The notes under the pieces: generated by a model | What the model saw: only the letters and a program-made list of their open reading frames with translations | What the model was told of the DNA's origin: nothing | Database searches by the model: none | Source of the DNA: a virus | Taxonomy: Duplodnaviria > Caudoviricetes | Length of the DNA stretch: 64,000 nucleotides | Strand: one strand, 5' to 3' | IMG/VR virus record: IMGVR_UViG_3300011339_001202 | Location: 5,099-69,098 of that record | Shown: positions 63,107 to 64,000 of the stretch, piece by piece | How positions within the stretch are numbered: the stretch's first letter is position 1 | Layout: every line of letters begins with the position of its first letter | Position numbers and translations under genes: made by a program

Positions 63107-63872
63107 ATCCCTCAGGTTTTATTGTGTGTCCGTATAGATTGCAGTTCTTTACATAGTCTGAGTAGAGGGCAAACTCATGCTGTCTGCGATACCGCATCTT
63201 GCCAAGCTTAACATTTTCATTATTGACATGCAATCCTGTGTTGGTGGGCCCAGTGAGCGGCTCCTTCGGGGCGTAGATGCCTTGCCATTCTTTGTTCATG
63301 CAATACTCGACTACAAGCATAGCTGTTATAGCATCATTCTTGCAAACCTTTTTCAAATCATTCAGGCAAGAATTAATTCCACGCTCTGTCTTGTATGGCT
63401 TGTTCATTTTTTTCTTGTAACCAATCCATACACGCATAGCCTCAGACCAAGGCCCAAAATCCATATTGCCTGTATTATTTTCTTTCTTTGTTGTATTCTC
63501 TTTTTTTGTAAGTTCTTTCTTATATTGTTGGGTAGGTTCTCCCCCGTGGGGTTTTCCCATACAGGCATCTACCACATGGGAATTGTATTGAGGGGTTTCG
63601 TATAGAATATATTCTATCTCCCAATGACCTTTTTCATTGTGACTTCTCTTCCTAACTAAATATAAATGGTGTTCCAGCTCATGTATGGCAGACCTGACAG
63701 CATCCATTCCCTCCTTGTTTTGCTTGGAAATAGATTCTATACTAAAGTCCCAATCCTCAGGCTTGCTATTAAGATAAGCAAACAAACCTTTGGCCTTAAA
63801 TGTAATGTCTGGATTGTTAAGAAGTTGGTTTGGGACAGACCCAAACGAGCGTTGAATTTTTAATCTTGCCAT
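63084..63872 (-). CDS. phage replication initiator (N-terminal HTH)
   Basis: ITFKAKGLFAYLNSKPEDWDFS..EGMDAVRSAIHEL; C-terminal WIGYKK..WQGIY; start MARLK. Confidence 0.7.
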   Translation of the reverse strand: MARLKIQRSFGSVPNQLLNNPDITFKAKGLFAYLNSKPEDWDFSIESISKQNKEGMDAVRSAIHELEHHLYLVRKRSHNEKGHWEIEYILYETPQYNSHVVDACMGKPHGGEPTQQYKKELTKKENTTKKENNTGNMDFGPWSEAMRVWIGYKKKMNKPYKTERGINSCLNDLKKVCKNDAITAMLVVEYCMNKEWQGIYAPKEPLTGPTNTGLHVNNENVKLGKMRYRRQHEFALYSDYVKNCNLYGHTIKPEGYDYDNGI

Positions 63873-63984
63873 AAAAAAAACCCCATCCGGCTTTCCTGTG
63901 TGCAACCAGCGAACTTATAACGCTGCACAGTACGACCGAATGGGGATTTTAATGTCTTCATAAGTTTATTTAACCGGGGTTGCA
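63860..63984 (-). promoter_or_regulatory. attenuator-like leader with 33-aa uORF and terminator hairpin
   Basis: CCCCATTCGG/CCGGATGGGG stem plus T8 abutting the ATG; TGCAACC/GGTTGCA pairing; uORF 63961..63860. Confidence 0.55.
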
Positions 63985-64000
63985 ATCCGGGCCTTTCGGC

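Noticed and set aside
1-64000. Stop-codon reassignment as seen in some crAss-like phages
   Set aside because: The standard code gives full-length TerL, portal, capsid and a 2582-aa ORF at high coding density.

Overview
The window is a 64-kb stretch of a tailed dsDNA phage genome that probably infects Bacteroidota. Support for the host: exact TAnnTTTG -7 boxes lie upstream of the capsid gene and four other genes, ribosome-binding regions are A-rich and lack Shine-Dalgarno motifs, and the head/tail block is organised like that of crAss-like podoviruses. Layout: (1) 1-2.9 kb, + strand, nucleotide metabolism (MazG-like pyrophosphatase, ThyX). (2) 2.9-46 kb, - strand, virion and lysis block (CHAP lysin, spanin/holin-like genes, 1637-aa tail fibre, major capsid, scaffold, portal, tail nozzle, 2582-aa polyvalent ejected protein, ferritin, ring proteins, TerL), interrupted by a + strand glycosyltransferase island. 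(3) 46-52 kb, small - strand genes plus an atypical tRNA(CAU). (4) 52.2-53.6 kb, a non-coding divergence region. (5) 53.6-58.6 kb, a + strand array of small early genes. (6) 59-64 kb, methyltransferase, HNH, glycosyltransferase, NinB, primase-helicase and a replication initiator. The standout is region 5. Each of 13 consecutive small genes is preceded by a mini-tRNA-like element (46-50 nt in twelve copies, 63 nt in the first): 7-bp acceptor-like stem, short GG-containing D-like loop, 6-bp stem with a canonical UUCRANU T-loop, and encoded CCA in 10 of 13, but no anticodon arm. The stems co-vary extensively between copies. Most elements are followed by a second co-varying hairpin and a GTAAACCAA-type leader just before the ATG. 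This suggests a 'tRNA-punctuated' cassette system, used either for mRNA processing or to produce tRNA decoys. Other notable items are an out-of-frame gene nested in a virion protein, a GT9-like gene split at a T6 run, and an attenuator-like leader on the replication initiator. Family assignments come from motif recognition only; no database searches were run.
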